Assembly (NCBI RefSeq): GCF_006345805.1
Contig: NC_042999.1
Coordinates: forward strand, 149,978,001 to 150,042,000
DNA length: 64,000 nucleotides
Source: Octopus sinensis
Lineage: Eukaryota
Reading direction: 5' to 3'
The stretch's first letter is position 1, and every line of letters begins with the position of its first letter. The notes beneath the pieces were generated by a model. That model was not told the origin of the DNA, did not search any database, and worked only from the letters and a program-made list of their open reading frames with translations. Positions 37,985 to 51,169 of this stretch are shown here, piece after piece. The position numbers were made by a program, and so were the translations under genes.

Positions 37985-38205
37985 ATACGATCTCAAAGTC
38001 TTTGAAGTTCCCATTACACTTTGAACTAGATTCTGAACTACTAGAAACAACAATCAAGTCTTCCTCAAGTGTTAAAGAGTAGAAGGCTCATTAAATATTG
38101 TAGTTCAAGATATCTTTAAAGATGGGTTGGTCATGGCTGAACCGACGAGAGCATATGCGCATACGTATGAATACTCATATCTGTGTATGTATATACATGT
38201 ATACA

Positions 38206-38254
<49 letters not shown>

Positions 38255-38504
38255 GTACATATATACAAGCATACATACGCGCATAGGCAGACAGACAGAC
38301 TGATAGACGGGCAGGCACGCAGACAGGCATGCAGGTGCAGAGACGCGCATGTAGCACGCAGACAGACAAACAGACAGGCAGGCTGACTCTTTGACAGACA
38401 GACTGACTGACTGACTGACAGATAGATAGATAGATAGATAGATACATACATACATACATACATACATACATACATACATACATACATACATACATACATA
38501 CATA

Positions 38505-38665
38505 CGTATGTCTTTACGTTCTGAGTTCAAATTCCGCCGACGTCGACTTTGCTTTTCATCCTTTTGGGGTCGATAAATTAAGTACCAGTTGCATACTGGT
38601 GTCGATCTAATCGACTGGACCCCTCCCCCAAAATTTCGGGCCTTGTGCCTAGAGTAGAGAAGAAT
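38505..38665 (+). mobile_element. 5'-truncated SINE family A, short tail
   Basis: ttacgttctgagttcaaattccgccg...ccccaaaatttcgggccttgtgcctagagtagagaag. Confidence 0.85.
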
Positions 38666-38689
38666 TATATAATGTACATATAATGCAAA

Positions 38690-38815
38690 AACACTCTGCC
38701 GATTGTTGTAAATAAAATAGAAATAAAGTTTTAAAATTCATTCTTTCTGTGCGGCCCGCTAGCAAGTGGTCCGCGGCTCGCTACTGGTCCCCGGCTTGGT
38801 GTTTGGAGATCCCTA
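38690..38815 (-). mobile_element. Left end of a Charlie/MER1-like hAT element
   Basis: Reverse complement tagggatctccaaac...gcgggccgcacagaaagaat...ttatttctatttt matches 53463-53560. Confidence 0.65.
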
Positions 38816-39032
38816 CTTTAAGAAAGAGACCAGAAGTATCGGTTGTTGTTTAAAGGGTAGGAAAGCTTGAGGACCGTGGACTAAATCACAGCCGTCTTAC
38901 AAGTGCTGCGCTGCTGGGAGAACTGGATTTCTTCCACTTTTCGGTAGAGCGAATGAGATTACTCGGGGTTGTAGCTTTCTCTCTTCTTTCCTTCTTCCCT
39001 TCTTTCCTTCTTCCCTTCTTTCTTTCTTTCAG

Positions 39033-39064
<32 letters not shown>

Positions 39065-39285
39065 TTTTGCTTGAATGACTGCAGCGCACCTATGAGAAAA
39101 CCGCGAAGGAATTTTGGGGTATTAGGATTTTGTTGTATATAGAAGACGAGGACATGGTTTAAAAGGGCGGTTTCAATCATTTAATGATTTCGTTCGTTTT
39201 CGCTATCGCCAATTTTTCATTTCATCATACCCGTATGACCTTTCACTGATCTCAATCAAAACACTTTTTATCAATTAGTGATGGC

Positions 39286-39600
39286 ACTCCGTCGGTTACG
39301 ACGACTAGTGTTCCAGTTGATCCGATCAACCGAATAGCCTGCTCATGAAATTAACGTGCAAGTGGTTGAGCACTCCACACATACGCGTACCCTTAACGTA
39401 GTTCTCCGGGAGATTCAACGTTGATTCAGAATGCGACAGGACTGGCCATTTGAATTACAGGTACAGCTAATTTTTGCCAGCTGAGTGGACTGAGGCAACG
39501 TGAAATAAAGTGTCTTACTCAAGGTCAGCGTGCACGGCCAGGAATCGAACTTTTGGCCTTACGATTGTGAGCCGAATACGCTAACCACCAAACCACACGT
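39286..39600 (-). mobile_element. SINE family C
   Basis: Reverse-complement match to 30991-31311 from head to tail (gcactccgtcggttacgacgac). Confidence 0.85.
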
Positions 39601-39624
39601 ATTCACTATCAATTAGTAAGCTTA

Positions 39625-39840
39625 AGGTGGCGAGCTTCCAGACGAAAAGGACACAGTTGGAATGTCTCTGACAATAGCTATGCTAGATTGACGTTATTTT
39701 CGACTTTTTCGTTCTGAGTTCAAATTCTGTCAAAGTCGACTTCACCTTTCATCTGTTTCAGAGTTGACAAAATAAAGTAGTAGTTGAACTGGGTGCGATT
39801 TGAACTCCCACCAAATTTGCTGGCCTTGTACTAAATTTTT
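39625..39840 (+). mobile_element. SINE family A, highly diverged
   Basis: ggtggcgagct...ttctgagttcaaattctg...gtcgacttcacctttcat...aaatttgctggccttgtac. Confidence 0.6.
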
Positions 39841-41407
39841 AGTCATTAATTAGTTACACTGTCGTTAGACGTGTCTTCCAAAATACATGATACATCACTT
39901 TTTTGACCTGCTAGAAATAAAAACCAAACCTACAGTGAATTACAATTTGCAGTCATGATAAAAAAAAGAGAGGGTATAGTGAATTGAAAAATATGGTTTG
40001 AAGTACATCATCAACGAAGCCAGACGAGATGGTCATTGTTGCAATGTCTCGATTGACGTTTCTTTTATTCATTTGGTCTAGTTTCCGCTTATGATATTTG
40101 CTGTTTGGGTTGTCATGGATCGATAATATATTCGTGGGACAAAAAAATAGATATATAAATAAATAGCAGAAAAAAACACACAACCTTTTCAGATGTTTCA
40201 AACGGTGTATAATCGAAGAGAATAGATAAATGTTACGATCAATATTACGAGCATTTATCTTAATACCTGCTGTGGTGGTTGTCGTCATGGTTGTTATTAA
40301 GCTGCTATCAGCAATGATCGAGTGAACGGAAAAAGATGGCAAGACACCCACAAGAGAGCTGACCAGCAGGCCTTCAGAGAAGAAACACGCCCAAGGCAAG
40401 TGATTCGACCTTTAATTCCTTACACTTTAAGAAGACCGGGCTGCATCCAGGTCATAACCTTGGGTGTCCTTCTGCTGATACTTTTTAACCACTTGGATAT
40501 CAGAAAATTGTGCATTTAAACCGTTGATCCAGCTTATACTTCTTTAGTTTAGACTTAAAGAAGAAATAACGTTGATTGCTATGGTAGCGATGAAACTGCA
40601 TAGAAGCTCGTCGCGCTGATTGCATCTGTAATTCAAACTGATTCTATCAGAGAAATTTAACATATGTCTGCCGAATATCTAGCCATTTTATACTATACAC
40701 GTTCATTCTGGATCGAGTAATTCAGTTTGATAGAACAGCTGAATCTTTGTCGCCGAACGATGGGGCTCCATCCTAAGCTTTTAATTTTAATCAATGCCTT
40801 CCACATCAGCACAACCCCTGTCGTGAAGAAACAATTTAGAACTACGCACATAAAACGTGCGCATGCAAATATACGTACGCACGCACATCAATTATTGCAA
40901 ACGTCTCCTTGTATATCTGTACATGAAGCATCGTCTGGTATTTATTGAAGCAAATATACTGTGCAGTAGTTTCCGATTGTCTTCTCCAGAATATATTTGC
41001 TAAAAATATGTCGGCCGTTAACAAAGGCTGTATGAACTGAGCTACAATAAGAAACGAAGGAGAAGGGGGCTGGCAGACGATAAAAGAGATAAAATATATT
41101 AAAACGAAAACGTGAAAGATGATGAGAAGTGATGAGAATAAATGAGAACCATATGATCAAAGGAAGAAAGAAAGGAAAGAAAGGGGGAAAAGAACTGAAA
41201 AGAGAAAAACAAAAAAATAATGGGATAAAAGATGAAAGAAAATATGAATATAAGACATAAAACGAAAAAAATAGAGAAGGTTGAATTTGAAGAGGGATAG
41301 AAAGAGGGTGGTGAGAGAGGCAAAAGAATAAAGTAGAAAGGCAAATGAATAAAGTAGAAATTGTAAAATATTTTATATGGAGAGAGAGAGAGAGAGGAGA
41401 GAGAGAG

Positions 41408-41441
<34 letters not shown>

Positions 41442-41759
41442 ATTGTTGAAACTGCTGTGAAATGTTAATGGTATTTCATGAAACTAAAAAATGTGGTGAC
41501 TAATTTGGAGAAAACTAGATAGAGCAACTGTGGCTGCATGTGAGGAAACGAGAGAAAACGTGACTGTATTTTTGACGCCTTTAGACTTAAACATCAATCT
41601 TCGTACATTCCTAGATCCTTGCCTAAAATAGACACATGTAACCATGGTTTTTTCCATATACTATCCAGTGATGCACCTAGACACATCACCATTGATGGGA
41701 TTTTTTTAAAAGTCATTAGGTTTCGAGTCTTTGATTAATTAGACGATTCTTTCAAGACT

Positions 41760-43760
41760 GATCAAGCCCCAGGTTGTGTCCAGCTGGCATCACCCTTGGT
41801 AGCACAGACCCAGCAAATTTCACCTTAAAGCAACTTCTGCTTCCTCCATGGGGTAACTTGATGGCCTTTGGCCCCTGTGATGCCAAGCATATTGTAAACT
41901 CTGCAGAAGAAATTGCCTGGAAACACTCTCAATCCACCTCGATGGAGTCGCACTCTGCCACCCATTGCGTCGGTATGGCTCTACCAGTTCAGCATATTTC
42001 TCTTATTCTCATTTACCTCTTCAATGCGGTCTTCCCAAGAAACAGTAAGTTGTAACAACCACCGGCTCGGGCGTTTCTGAGATCAGCATCATGCCTGGTT
42101 TTAGTGGTGTTTGGACGACAATTTTCGGAAACTTCAGCTGCTTCCTCAGATTGACTTTCAGCTCCTAGGAGGCCCGAGGAGGTGGACCAGGCAGCTGACA
42201 TCTTCTTCACACTAGCTTTGACAAAAGTAATAATCTTCATCGTTGGGCGAACGCGTTTACAATGGCTATTCCAACTTCAGATGGTGCCTTCAAAATCGGA
42301 TCAAGCTTCTAGCAGTAGAGTTCCTCTTCCATGACATATGGGCAGGTACTGAGGATGTGCTCCAGGGTTTCTCACCTCAGCCTCAAAGGGCACGCCGATG
42401 ACTCCAACTTTCTCCAGCAGAACAACTAAGATGATCTCGGTTGGTCATCGTAAACTGCTTGACTTGAAAGTTTTATCTGATGGTCTCAATTTTCTGAAGG
42501 TCAGCCCATGGGATTTGCGTACCATCCCAACACACTTGCTGGTTCGTCCCTCCTCAATCGATGCTCGCACCTCATTCCGGATCAGTAGTTTCCTTCCTCT
42601 CCTTGCATCTTGTCAAAGTGAGGTGTTGTAATGCTACCCAGGCCAGACCTTCCACGAGGTACAACGCCCATGAGCATTCTGTCTTGCCTGCAACTTAACA
42701 GTCTTCACAGCTCTACACCTCCGCCCTGTTCTGACCGCAATACCCACCTGAAAGACTTTAGAGTCGAAGGAGTCTCGCTCTCGCAACACTTCCCTATTTT
42801 TCTCTTAAGCTACTAGTTGAGAACTTTAACTAATTGTTCTTTCCATACTAGGCGACGCTACTCAGGCTCCGATGTAGTCACAGCCACTTCCGCAGAAACC
42901 CTCTGACTCTCCTTTCAAAGCCCTCTGCCATGGATCTATTATACACCAAAATTATACGCCTCATACACCAAAAGCGGCGAAATAATCTGTGGGAAGGTGC
43001 CATGTTGGTAACTCACAAGACCTAACTTGTTCACTATGGATAGTCAGCAGGGGTAGTTGTGTGGTAAGAAGCTTACTTCCCAACCACACGATTCTGGGTT
43101 CAGACCCACTGCATGACACCTTGGGCAAGTGTCTTCTACTATAGCCTCAGGCCGACCAATGATTTGTGAGTGGATTTGGTGGGCTGAAACTGAAAGAAGA
43201 CCATCATATATATATGTGCCTATGCGCGTGTGTCTTTGTGTCTTTCTCAGTGATGGATAGCATATGTGCTTCACCGACCGAGAAGCTGAAACTGCTTTTA
43301 ATTCGGCTTTCTTCAGCAGAAGATATCTGGTCTTGATTGGCTTCAAATTCATGATAGCCCAAGTCAACAACTCAAGGTCCTTAGAATCCTCCTTCCCCTC
43401 ATGATTGATATTGTCACAGTTACATGAGAAGGGGATGCTGAAGACCAGACATGGTGAGCAGCCCTTCTCATTGCACTTCTGCCGGTTTTGCCAATATGTT
43501 TATAGCAAGCGTTAAAAGGGTCACTGAAATAGTACATCCGGTGCCCTTCTCGAGATTGTGTCACTCTGATGTTGTGGAAGCAGCAGAGACTTTGAGACTG
43601 AAGTTATTTTAGTAATCCATAATGTGATCCCTGAACCTATTTGTGACATGGCGCCTGTTCAGAGCCTCTTCAAACAGCTTATGTGGTATGGGCCAATAAG
43701 CAATCGCAAGATCCAGTCACAACACACCATGGTCCTCTTTATTCTCTTTGACTTTTCTGA
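41760..43760 (-). mobile_element. Decayed HERO/NeSL-like non-LTR retrotransposon (RT plus RLE), internally deleted and interrupted by a SINE
   Basis: RT part GTGCTISVTLLTLAINILAKPAEV...LTWAIMNLKPIKTRYLLLKK (about 43280-43560). RLE part NEVRASIEEGR...LQLTVSWEDRIEEVNENKREKYAELVE...SIEV (about 41900-42600). Confidence 0.75.
43052..43250 (+). mobile_element. SINE family B 5' half
   Basis: gtgtggtaagaagctt...gggttcagacccactgc...accttgggcaagtgtcttctactatagcc. Confidence 0.85.
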
Positions 43761-45293
43761 TTAACTGTGTAACCACAACTAAGTCTTCTACATACCTTGA
43801 TACCTTTATTTATAGCTTTATCTTCTTCGAGTTCTGCTATTAAAAATAATTTACTTCATAATTAGAAGTATTACAGCCATGACCACACTGTCCTTCCCCC
43901 TTGTATATACAGCTTTGTTGTCGCTTAATCCGTCCATCGTTTCTTTTAAAACAGTGGCTGTGATTTTAGGAAACGGTGGCTCAACGATATCCTAATGCAT
44001 GGGTAAGATATCGGACCATCAACTCCGAATTTGTATGAATATTGAAATCTACTACAGGAATTTAGTTGTGGTGGAAAACTTTACTCTAGCATCCCTCAGA
44101 TCACCATGCTATCGAAAATATGGCAAACACTTGCGAAAGACTTGGACCCTACCCATGGTGGATTTACTCCATTTACTTCACGTCATGAACCCACAGCTCT
44201 CGGATGCCTCTCATTTCTTTCTTTCTTTCTTTCTTTTCTTTTTTTTGAAACCTTTCCATTGACTAAACACAAAGGCTTTCATATATTTTAAAGCTGAGAA
44301 AAAGGTAAGCTCTAATGTTCATGATTTTCCTTCGTGGACTAATGGCGCAAGAAATGAAACAGAGTGAAAATATGTCTAGCTATAAACTTGCATTTTCAAT
44401 GATATATTTCTATAATTCCAAAGATATGAACCTTGTAACTGATTGCTATCTATAAATATAATGCTTTCTGCCAAGTCAAATCGTGAACTGCAAGCGCTAT
44501 TTAAGTATAAGATATGTCAGATCAATTCAGGTCATAGTGAGCCGAGTTTACAATCCTGCAGCAACAACATTATAAAATGGATGAAATGAGTCCCTCCACG
44601 GTCGTTCAACATTTATAAACGGGTCCAGTAAATTCACCATTGTAAATTTATAGCCGTTAAATTACATTGCAGTAAATACACCTACCATCTTCAATTTCAT
44701 TGCCTGTAATTTCATCGCTAAATAATTGCATTGTTGGCCAATACATCGTTACTATTGTTTAAAGTATTTTTTCTATTTGCAGAGTGAATACCTTGCATTT
44801 CATTAACGGCGATAAAGATATTCAAACACGAACGTATTAATATCAAATTTAATCAATTTTTACATGAACTACAAAAAATAACGAAAACAAATTCAAATTA
44901 CTTTTCAAAATAGAATCATAAAAATATAAATATGGTAAAAAGATAATGTTGCTTTAAGTTAGAAGAAGAAACCTTTTAAAAAGAAATTGCAAGCAAAGTC
45001 TTTTAAATAATCTAAAATTTCAAGATTTTGGTATTCATTGATAATGTGTTGAATTCACGCGGCACTACCTTCGTAATATTTCATTTAACATCATCCAATA
45101 TCCACACCAAAGCAATGCACTCTTCAATTACTCGTTTCTTGATTACTTCGTTTTTTCCCCCAGGATGTCTAACATTTGCAGATCGTAGGATGGGATACCT
45201 CGGTCAACCCCCGGAGTATTCGATGTCAGTCTTCACGAGAATTGGTCTGCAGCCAAACAAATCCGATGTGTATGGCCTGCAAACAAATGCATA

Positions 45294-45876
45294 TGTAGTG
45301 GATGCGTGGATGTATTAATAAATACATAAGTGCTTTGTAATAAATTAAAGATTTATTATCACTACATCAATTTGTAAGCAATGTTACACATCGCTTGTAC
45401 AAAATGCATATTAAATAGTGGTTGCAAATAATACATATTAAAGGAATGCATAATACAGGATACACATTAAAGCAGAATATGTTTGATGGTGTGTGTGTGG
45501 TGTGTGTGTAAATCATGCAGTACAGAGTCACCTTTCTGAATATTCTTTCGTCGTCCTCATAAATGCGTGACGTTCTCTTAAACGTTGGTTCGGCTTCTCT
45601 CCAGATACCTATCTCCGTCGTTCTATTTATAACATCTCAAATAGCCAGAAAAATAGATATACCGCAAGAGTGTTATTGCGTACAGTAGGTCGCTGGTCGT
45701 CCTGTTAAACTTCGCCTGACCTACTCGGGTCAGAGGTCGAAGGGAGGCGATCCATCATTTTTTGTCAGAACAAAGAGATTCTGATTTCGCGCCTTTTTGT
45801 GCATTGGTATTTTACGACCAATGATTCTTGGGTCTGATTTCGAATCCAAGCTTTGAGAAGGAAGTGCATTCTTACA
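45294..45876 (-). repeat. 3' LTR (583 bp)
   Basis: TGTAGTGG...TTCTTACA, near-identical to 50594-51169. Confidence 0.95.
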
Positions 45877-45889
45877 CTACCCCCCTTCT
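45877..45889 (-). promoter_or_regulatory. Polypurine tract
   Basis: AGAAGGGGGGTAG immediately before the 3' LTR on the minus strand. Confidence 0.9.
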
Positions 45890-46439
45890 AGTGAGAAAGC
45901 CACAGAGATCGAACGATATTGGAAATGTATTATTATTATTATTTTTTTTTTTTTTTTGATTGTGTGCATGTAGAAAAAAATTTTTTTTTACACATTGAAC
46001 GATAAAAATATGGATGAAAGGTTTACAATTTGTATGTGCTATATGGTGGGCAATATGTATATGTGCCCAGGCAGAATTATGTTGGCGCGTTGAAAGAGAT
46101 GTGCGTCTATTGATTACTCGACCTACTAGAGGTCTAATAGAGACAAGGTATCTTTCAGTGGAGAAAAAAAAATCGAGTGATAGCACGCATGAGAACAAGA
46201 TTTGTAAATGTGTGTGGATATACAGTAGCAAAAAAATATATTTATGAGAAAGCAAACATTTTGAAAAGAAAACAAAAAATATGTACATGCAAAAATGAAA
46301 GAAATGTTCATCGGCAAAGTTCGATTTTGAAATGTTCCGTAAAAGTTCATACAGACAGTTTTTGTTTTCATTTTTTTTTTTTTTACGTACACAAATGTTC
46401 TTTGATTTTCTGGGTGGGGATGCAGTTATGTGTTCATTA

Positions 46440-49400
46440 GGAAGATGGATACGTTAGGAGTTCAGAACTTACCCGAAAAACTTGCACAAACCTTGCTGGC
46501 CATCGAACTGTTCTTCCTGATTTGGTGTTGTCGGGTTGTGCAGCATCTGTGGTGTTCGCTGGAGTTGCCGAGTCTGTTTGAGGAAAAGAGGGGACTGAAT
46601 GTAAGTCCTCCTCGATGAGAAAGTTTTTTTAAACGATCAATCGAGACCGTATTTCGTTTACCTCCAATATCGAGGACGAAATACTTGGGTTCTCTTTTGA
46701 TGACCTTGTAGGGCCCGGAATATGGTGGTCGAAGTTGAGAGGGTATCCCATCATTCCTCACGAAGACATGAGTCCATGTGTTGATATCTTTTGGGACACG
46801 TGAAACGACGTTCTGTTGTCTGGGGCCTGAGGGTGATACTTGCGACATGGATGTTCGTAATCGGTGCAACATATTGTTGTGGGTCAGGGAAGTTTTGTGT
46901 GAAACAGGTTCGATCATCTGCCCAGGTAAGGTGAGTGTTGTGCCATAAACGAGTTCGGCCGGAGTATATCCCAGTTCTTCCTTAATCGTGGATCGAATTC
47001 CAAGGAGGATGAGAGGGAGATGTTCCAACCAGTGAGAACTGTCTGGAGCTGCTTTTATAGATGCCTTGAGTTGGCGGTGAAAGCGTTCCACCATGCCATT
47101 TGCTGCAGGGTGGTAAGCTGTAGTGCGGGTGTGTGTTTACCGAGGAGACGAGTCAGCTCGGTGAAAAGGTGGGAATCGAACTGACGTCCTCTGTCGGTGG
47201 TAATTGTTGCGGGTGTGCCAAAACGCGAAACCCATTGTGATATCAGCGTTTTAGCGACCGTTTCTGCTGATATATCAGATAAGGGCCAGGCTTCGGGCCA
47301 TCGCGAGAACCTATCTACGCAAGTTAGCAGATATGAATAGTTCTGCGAAGGTGGCAGGGGTCCAACGATATCAATGTGAACGTGCTGAAATCGTGCATCG
47401 GGCTGCGAAAATGAACCGATTGGTGATTTTATGTGCCGGTGGATTTTCGCTTTTTGGCACGCAACACAGCACTTGGTCCATTCTCTGATATCCTTGTTGA
47501 TACTGGTCCACACAAAACGGGTCGATATTAGCTTTTGAGTGGAGCGAATACCAGGATGTGACAGAGAATGTAGAGCGGAGAGAAAAACTTCTCGACGATA
47601 TTTCTGTGGTACATAAGGGCGTTGGTAACCAGTGGAAATATCACACCATATATGGGCTGTGGATGATAGTAGTGGAACATGCTGAAATTTCAGAGATGAC
47701 GAATTCCGGAGCTTTAGAAGTTCTTCGTCATTCTCCTGGTCAGCTGCTATACGTGCCAGATCAATGTAGACGTGGTGTGGATAGCATTGATCTGCGCACG
47801 TGAAAGTGCATCGGCTGCCACGTTGGTCGTCCCTTTGATGTGGCGTATATCCGTCGTGTACTGCGATATGAAGTCGAGGTGACGAATTCTCTCGGCGAAT
47901 GGCGATCCGGTTTGGTGTTTAAATGCGTATACTAATGGCTTGTGGTCGGTATATATGGCAAAATTGGTACCTTCTAGCATATGACGGAAATGCTTAACGG
48001 CCAGGTATGCCGCCAATAATTCCCGACTGAATGTGCTGTATTTGGTTTCCGCGGGTTTAACCGCTTAGAAAAGAAAGACAACGGTTGCCATATACCGTCA
48101 ACAAGCTGTTGTAGCACACCTCCGATTCCGGAATCGGATGCATCACGAGTAAACATCGTGGGGCGTCTGGTTTTGGATAAACCAACATGGTAGCGCTAGA
48201 TAACGCTTTTTTCAGGGGCAGAAAGAAAGAAGAAACGAGTTGATCTTCGGTCAGAGCTATATCTGCGTTTTTGCAGGTTCGCTGACGTAGCAAATCCGTG
48301 AGCGGTTGCGCTATTTCAGCGAGGTGGGGCACGAACCGTCGATAGAAATTCGCTAGACCGAGATATTCCCTTAATTTGCGGAGAGATGTGGTGGTGTGGA
48401 AAATCCACGATGGCCTTGACTTTCTCGGGAAGGGGACGAATTCCATTTTTATCGACTATATGGCCGAGAAAATGAAGGGAAGCAACTCCGAACAAACATT
48501 TAGTAGGGTTGATAACAATTCCGAATTTACGTAAACGTTCGAATAGCAGGTGTGAAGGTGTTGATTATGCTCTTCGTCCGAGTTACTGGCCACGAGTATG
48601 TCGTCTATGTAGGCATAGACGAAAGGCAAACCTCTAGTCACCATGTCGATAAACCTTTGGAATGTCTGTGCCGCGTTTCGTAAACCGAAAGGCATACGCA
48701 GGAATTCAAACATTCCGAAAGGTGTAGTCACTGCTGTCTTTGAGATGTCTGCAGGTTCGACTGGGATTTGGTTGTATGCTCGCACCAGGTCGATTTTTGA
48801 AAAGATGCGAGCTCCATGCAGCGAGCTCGAAAAGTCCTGAAGAAAAGGCACCGGATAGGCATCACTGATAGTGCTTTTATTTAGTGATCGATAATCGCCG
48901 CAACCCGCCAATCGGTCGATGATTTTTTGGGACGCAGTGTATCGGCGAGGACCAGTTGCTGCTGGAAACGCGGATGATTCCGAGGTCGAGCATGTGCTGG
49001 AATTCCCGCTTGACGGCCTGGAGACGATCAGGTGGTAACCTTCTGGGCCTTGCAGAAACAGGTGGACCGCTGGTTTTGAGTGTGGTGGGTAACGTCGTGC
49101 TTTATCGGCTGGTTATGAAAAACTGGCCGGGCGACATCTGGATAATCATTCAGGATGGAACTGGACGAGTCGTGTCGTTGTCGTAAGCATTACAGTTGGG
49201 CTGACTGTGTCCATTCGAGCGGCTATACCGCGCACAGTAAGCTTGGTGGGTGGTGTCGACAAGTCGTCTGTTCTTTATGTCTACCAGGAGACCGAAATGA
49301 TGCAGGAAATCGGCTCCTAAGATAGGGGTCGGCAGTTTAGCGACGACGAATACCCATGAAATGTGGCGTAGTCCTATGTTAATGTTAGGGACTGTTCACC

Positions 49401-49616
49401 GTAGGTTGGAATGGGTGTGAATGGTGACTGCCTGAAGACAGACTGATGTCTCTTTTCTTTTTCCAGAAGTGTTGGAGACTGGGATGATGCTGACTTCCGC
49501 ACCTGTTCAACCAGGAAACGCGTGCCTGTTACACGATCGCAAACGAAAAACAGGCGACTGTGTGGGTGCGAACCAGGAACTTCCGTCGCGTTCAATTCCT
49601 GGCTGTGCCGTTTCCC
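46440..49616 (-). CDS. pol: Pol polyprotein (protease, RT, RNase H, integrase); frameshifted as assembled
   Basis: FLV(D)[85 protein letters not shown]...[34 protein letters not shown]. Confidence 0.93.
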
Positions 49617-50475
49617 GAACTGGGTGAGGAAAACGAGCACGGTACCGTACATTTTTGTGCCCGTGTTCCGAATGTTCGGTGGTACCAACACGTGTCATGT
49701 GAGTTTCGGGTAGCACTGGGGCTTCGAGACCGTCTGCCATCTCGTCGAGATCGGCTGGTGCTTCGACGCTGGGGACTAAACTTTAGGGCTTGTATTTGGG
49801 CTGTGAGAATTTGTATTTGCGCAGCTTGCTGCGTCATTAATGCACGCAAATCCGAAATCTCTGAAGAACTGGTTTGTGCACGGAAAGGATTGGTACTGGG
49901 AGCGGCTGGCGTCACCGTCGATACCATTGGATATCTGTGCGGTACTTCGGCTATTTTGTCAGCTAGCTCCGCCAGTTCTTCAAGGGATGTTTTTCTCTGG
50001 TGGACGCGAGAACAACCTGGGTATTGGAGGGCAGGACGCTGGAGGAGAAAAAGTTGCTTGAAGATTTTTTCTGGGGGCGTCTCATCTCCGAGAAGCTGTT
50101 TCATTCTCCGAAGAAGCTGGGACGGCGTTTTGTCACCCAATTCTTCCGATATCAGAAGCTGGTGAAGTCTTTTTTGTTGGGATTCTGAGGTTCTGTTTAT
50201 TAACGTGGTTTTAAAAACTTCATATGAAACAGAAACCGGGTGGTGCCATGATAAGGTCGCGTATCACGTTCGTTATTTCTGGTGACAGAGAACTGATAAC
50301 GTGAGAAAGTCGAGCCGCATCGATCGATATTCTGTGAGAGGCAAACTGTGCCTCTACTATATGGTGAAACCACAATGTCGGGTCGTGGGTCCAGAATGGT
50401 GGAATTTTTAACCGAGATCGCCGCTTGGAATGCCATGTCGATGTTGGCCGCTGGGTTTTGTTCCGGGAGATTCAT
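49592..50475 (-). CDS. gag: Gag with CHCC knuckle; frameshifted as assembled
   Basis: AISVKIPPFWTHDP-type N-terminus, LGDKTPSQLLRRMKQL, and CWYHRTFGTRAQKCTVPC (C-x2-H-x9-C-x3-C). Confidence 0.9.
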
Positions 50476-50580
50476 TGTTTTCGTCGGAATTTTCAGTTGC
50501 TTCGTTGCTGGTGATGTGCAAACTGTAATTCTTCGACGCGGTTGATGAAGCTGGTTCCAGGGAAGGCGCGATTCGTTTTA

Positions 50581-50591
50581 CGGGGTCACCA
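50581..50591 (-). promoter_or_regulatory. Primer binding site complementary to tRNA-Trp 3' end
   Basis: TGGTGACCCCG, 2 nt after the 5' LTR; complementary to the conserved CGGGGUCACCA end of metazoan tRNA-Trp. Confidence 0.88.
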
Positions 50592-50593
50592 TA

Positions 50594-51169
50594 TGTAGTG
50601 GATGCGTGGATGTATTAATAAATACATAAGTGCTTTGTAATAAATTAAAGATTTATTATCACTACATCAATTTGTAAGCAATGTTACCCAAATCGCTTGT
50701 ACAAAATGCATATTAAATAGTGGTTGCAAATAATACATATTAAAGGAATGCATAATACAGGATACACATTAAAGCAGAATATGTTTGATGTGTGTGTGTG
50801 TGTGTAAATCATGCAGTACAGAGTCACCTTTCTGATATTCTTTCGTCGTCCTCATAAATGCGTGACGTTCTCTTAAACGTTGGTTCGCTTCTCTCCAGAT
50901 ACCTATTTCTCCGTTCTATTTTATATACTCAAATAGCCAGAAAATAGATATACCGCAAGAGTGTTATTGCGTACAGTAGGTCGCTGGTCGTCCTGTTAAA
51001 CTTCGCCTGACCTACTCGGGTCAGAGGTCGAAGGGAGACGATCCATCATTTTTTGTCAGAACAAAGAGATTCTGATTTCGCGCCTTTTTGTGCATTGGTA
51101 TTTTACGACCAATGATTCTTGGGTCTGATTTCGAATCCAAGCTTTGAGAAGGAAGTGCTAATTCTTACA
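50594..51169 (-). repeat. 5' LTR (576 bp)
   Basis: Near-identical to 45294-45876. Confidence 0.95.

Larger units (their letters stand above)
45294..51169 (-). mobile_element. Full-length Ty3/Gypsy LTR retrotransposon, CsRn1/Kabuki-like
   Basis: Paired TG...CA LTRs, 4-bp TSD CATA (45290-45293 and 51170-51173), PBS, PPT, and gag then PR-RT-RH-IN domain order. Confidence 0.97.

Noticed and set aside
45890-46440. Possible env or extra ORF between integrase and the 3' LTR
   Set aside because: AT-rich with homopolymer runs and only short ORFs; treated as a 3' untranslated region.
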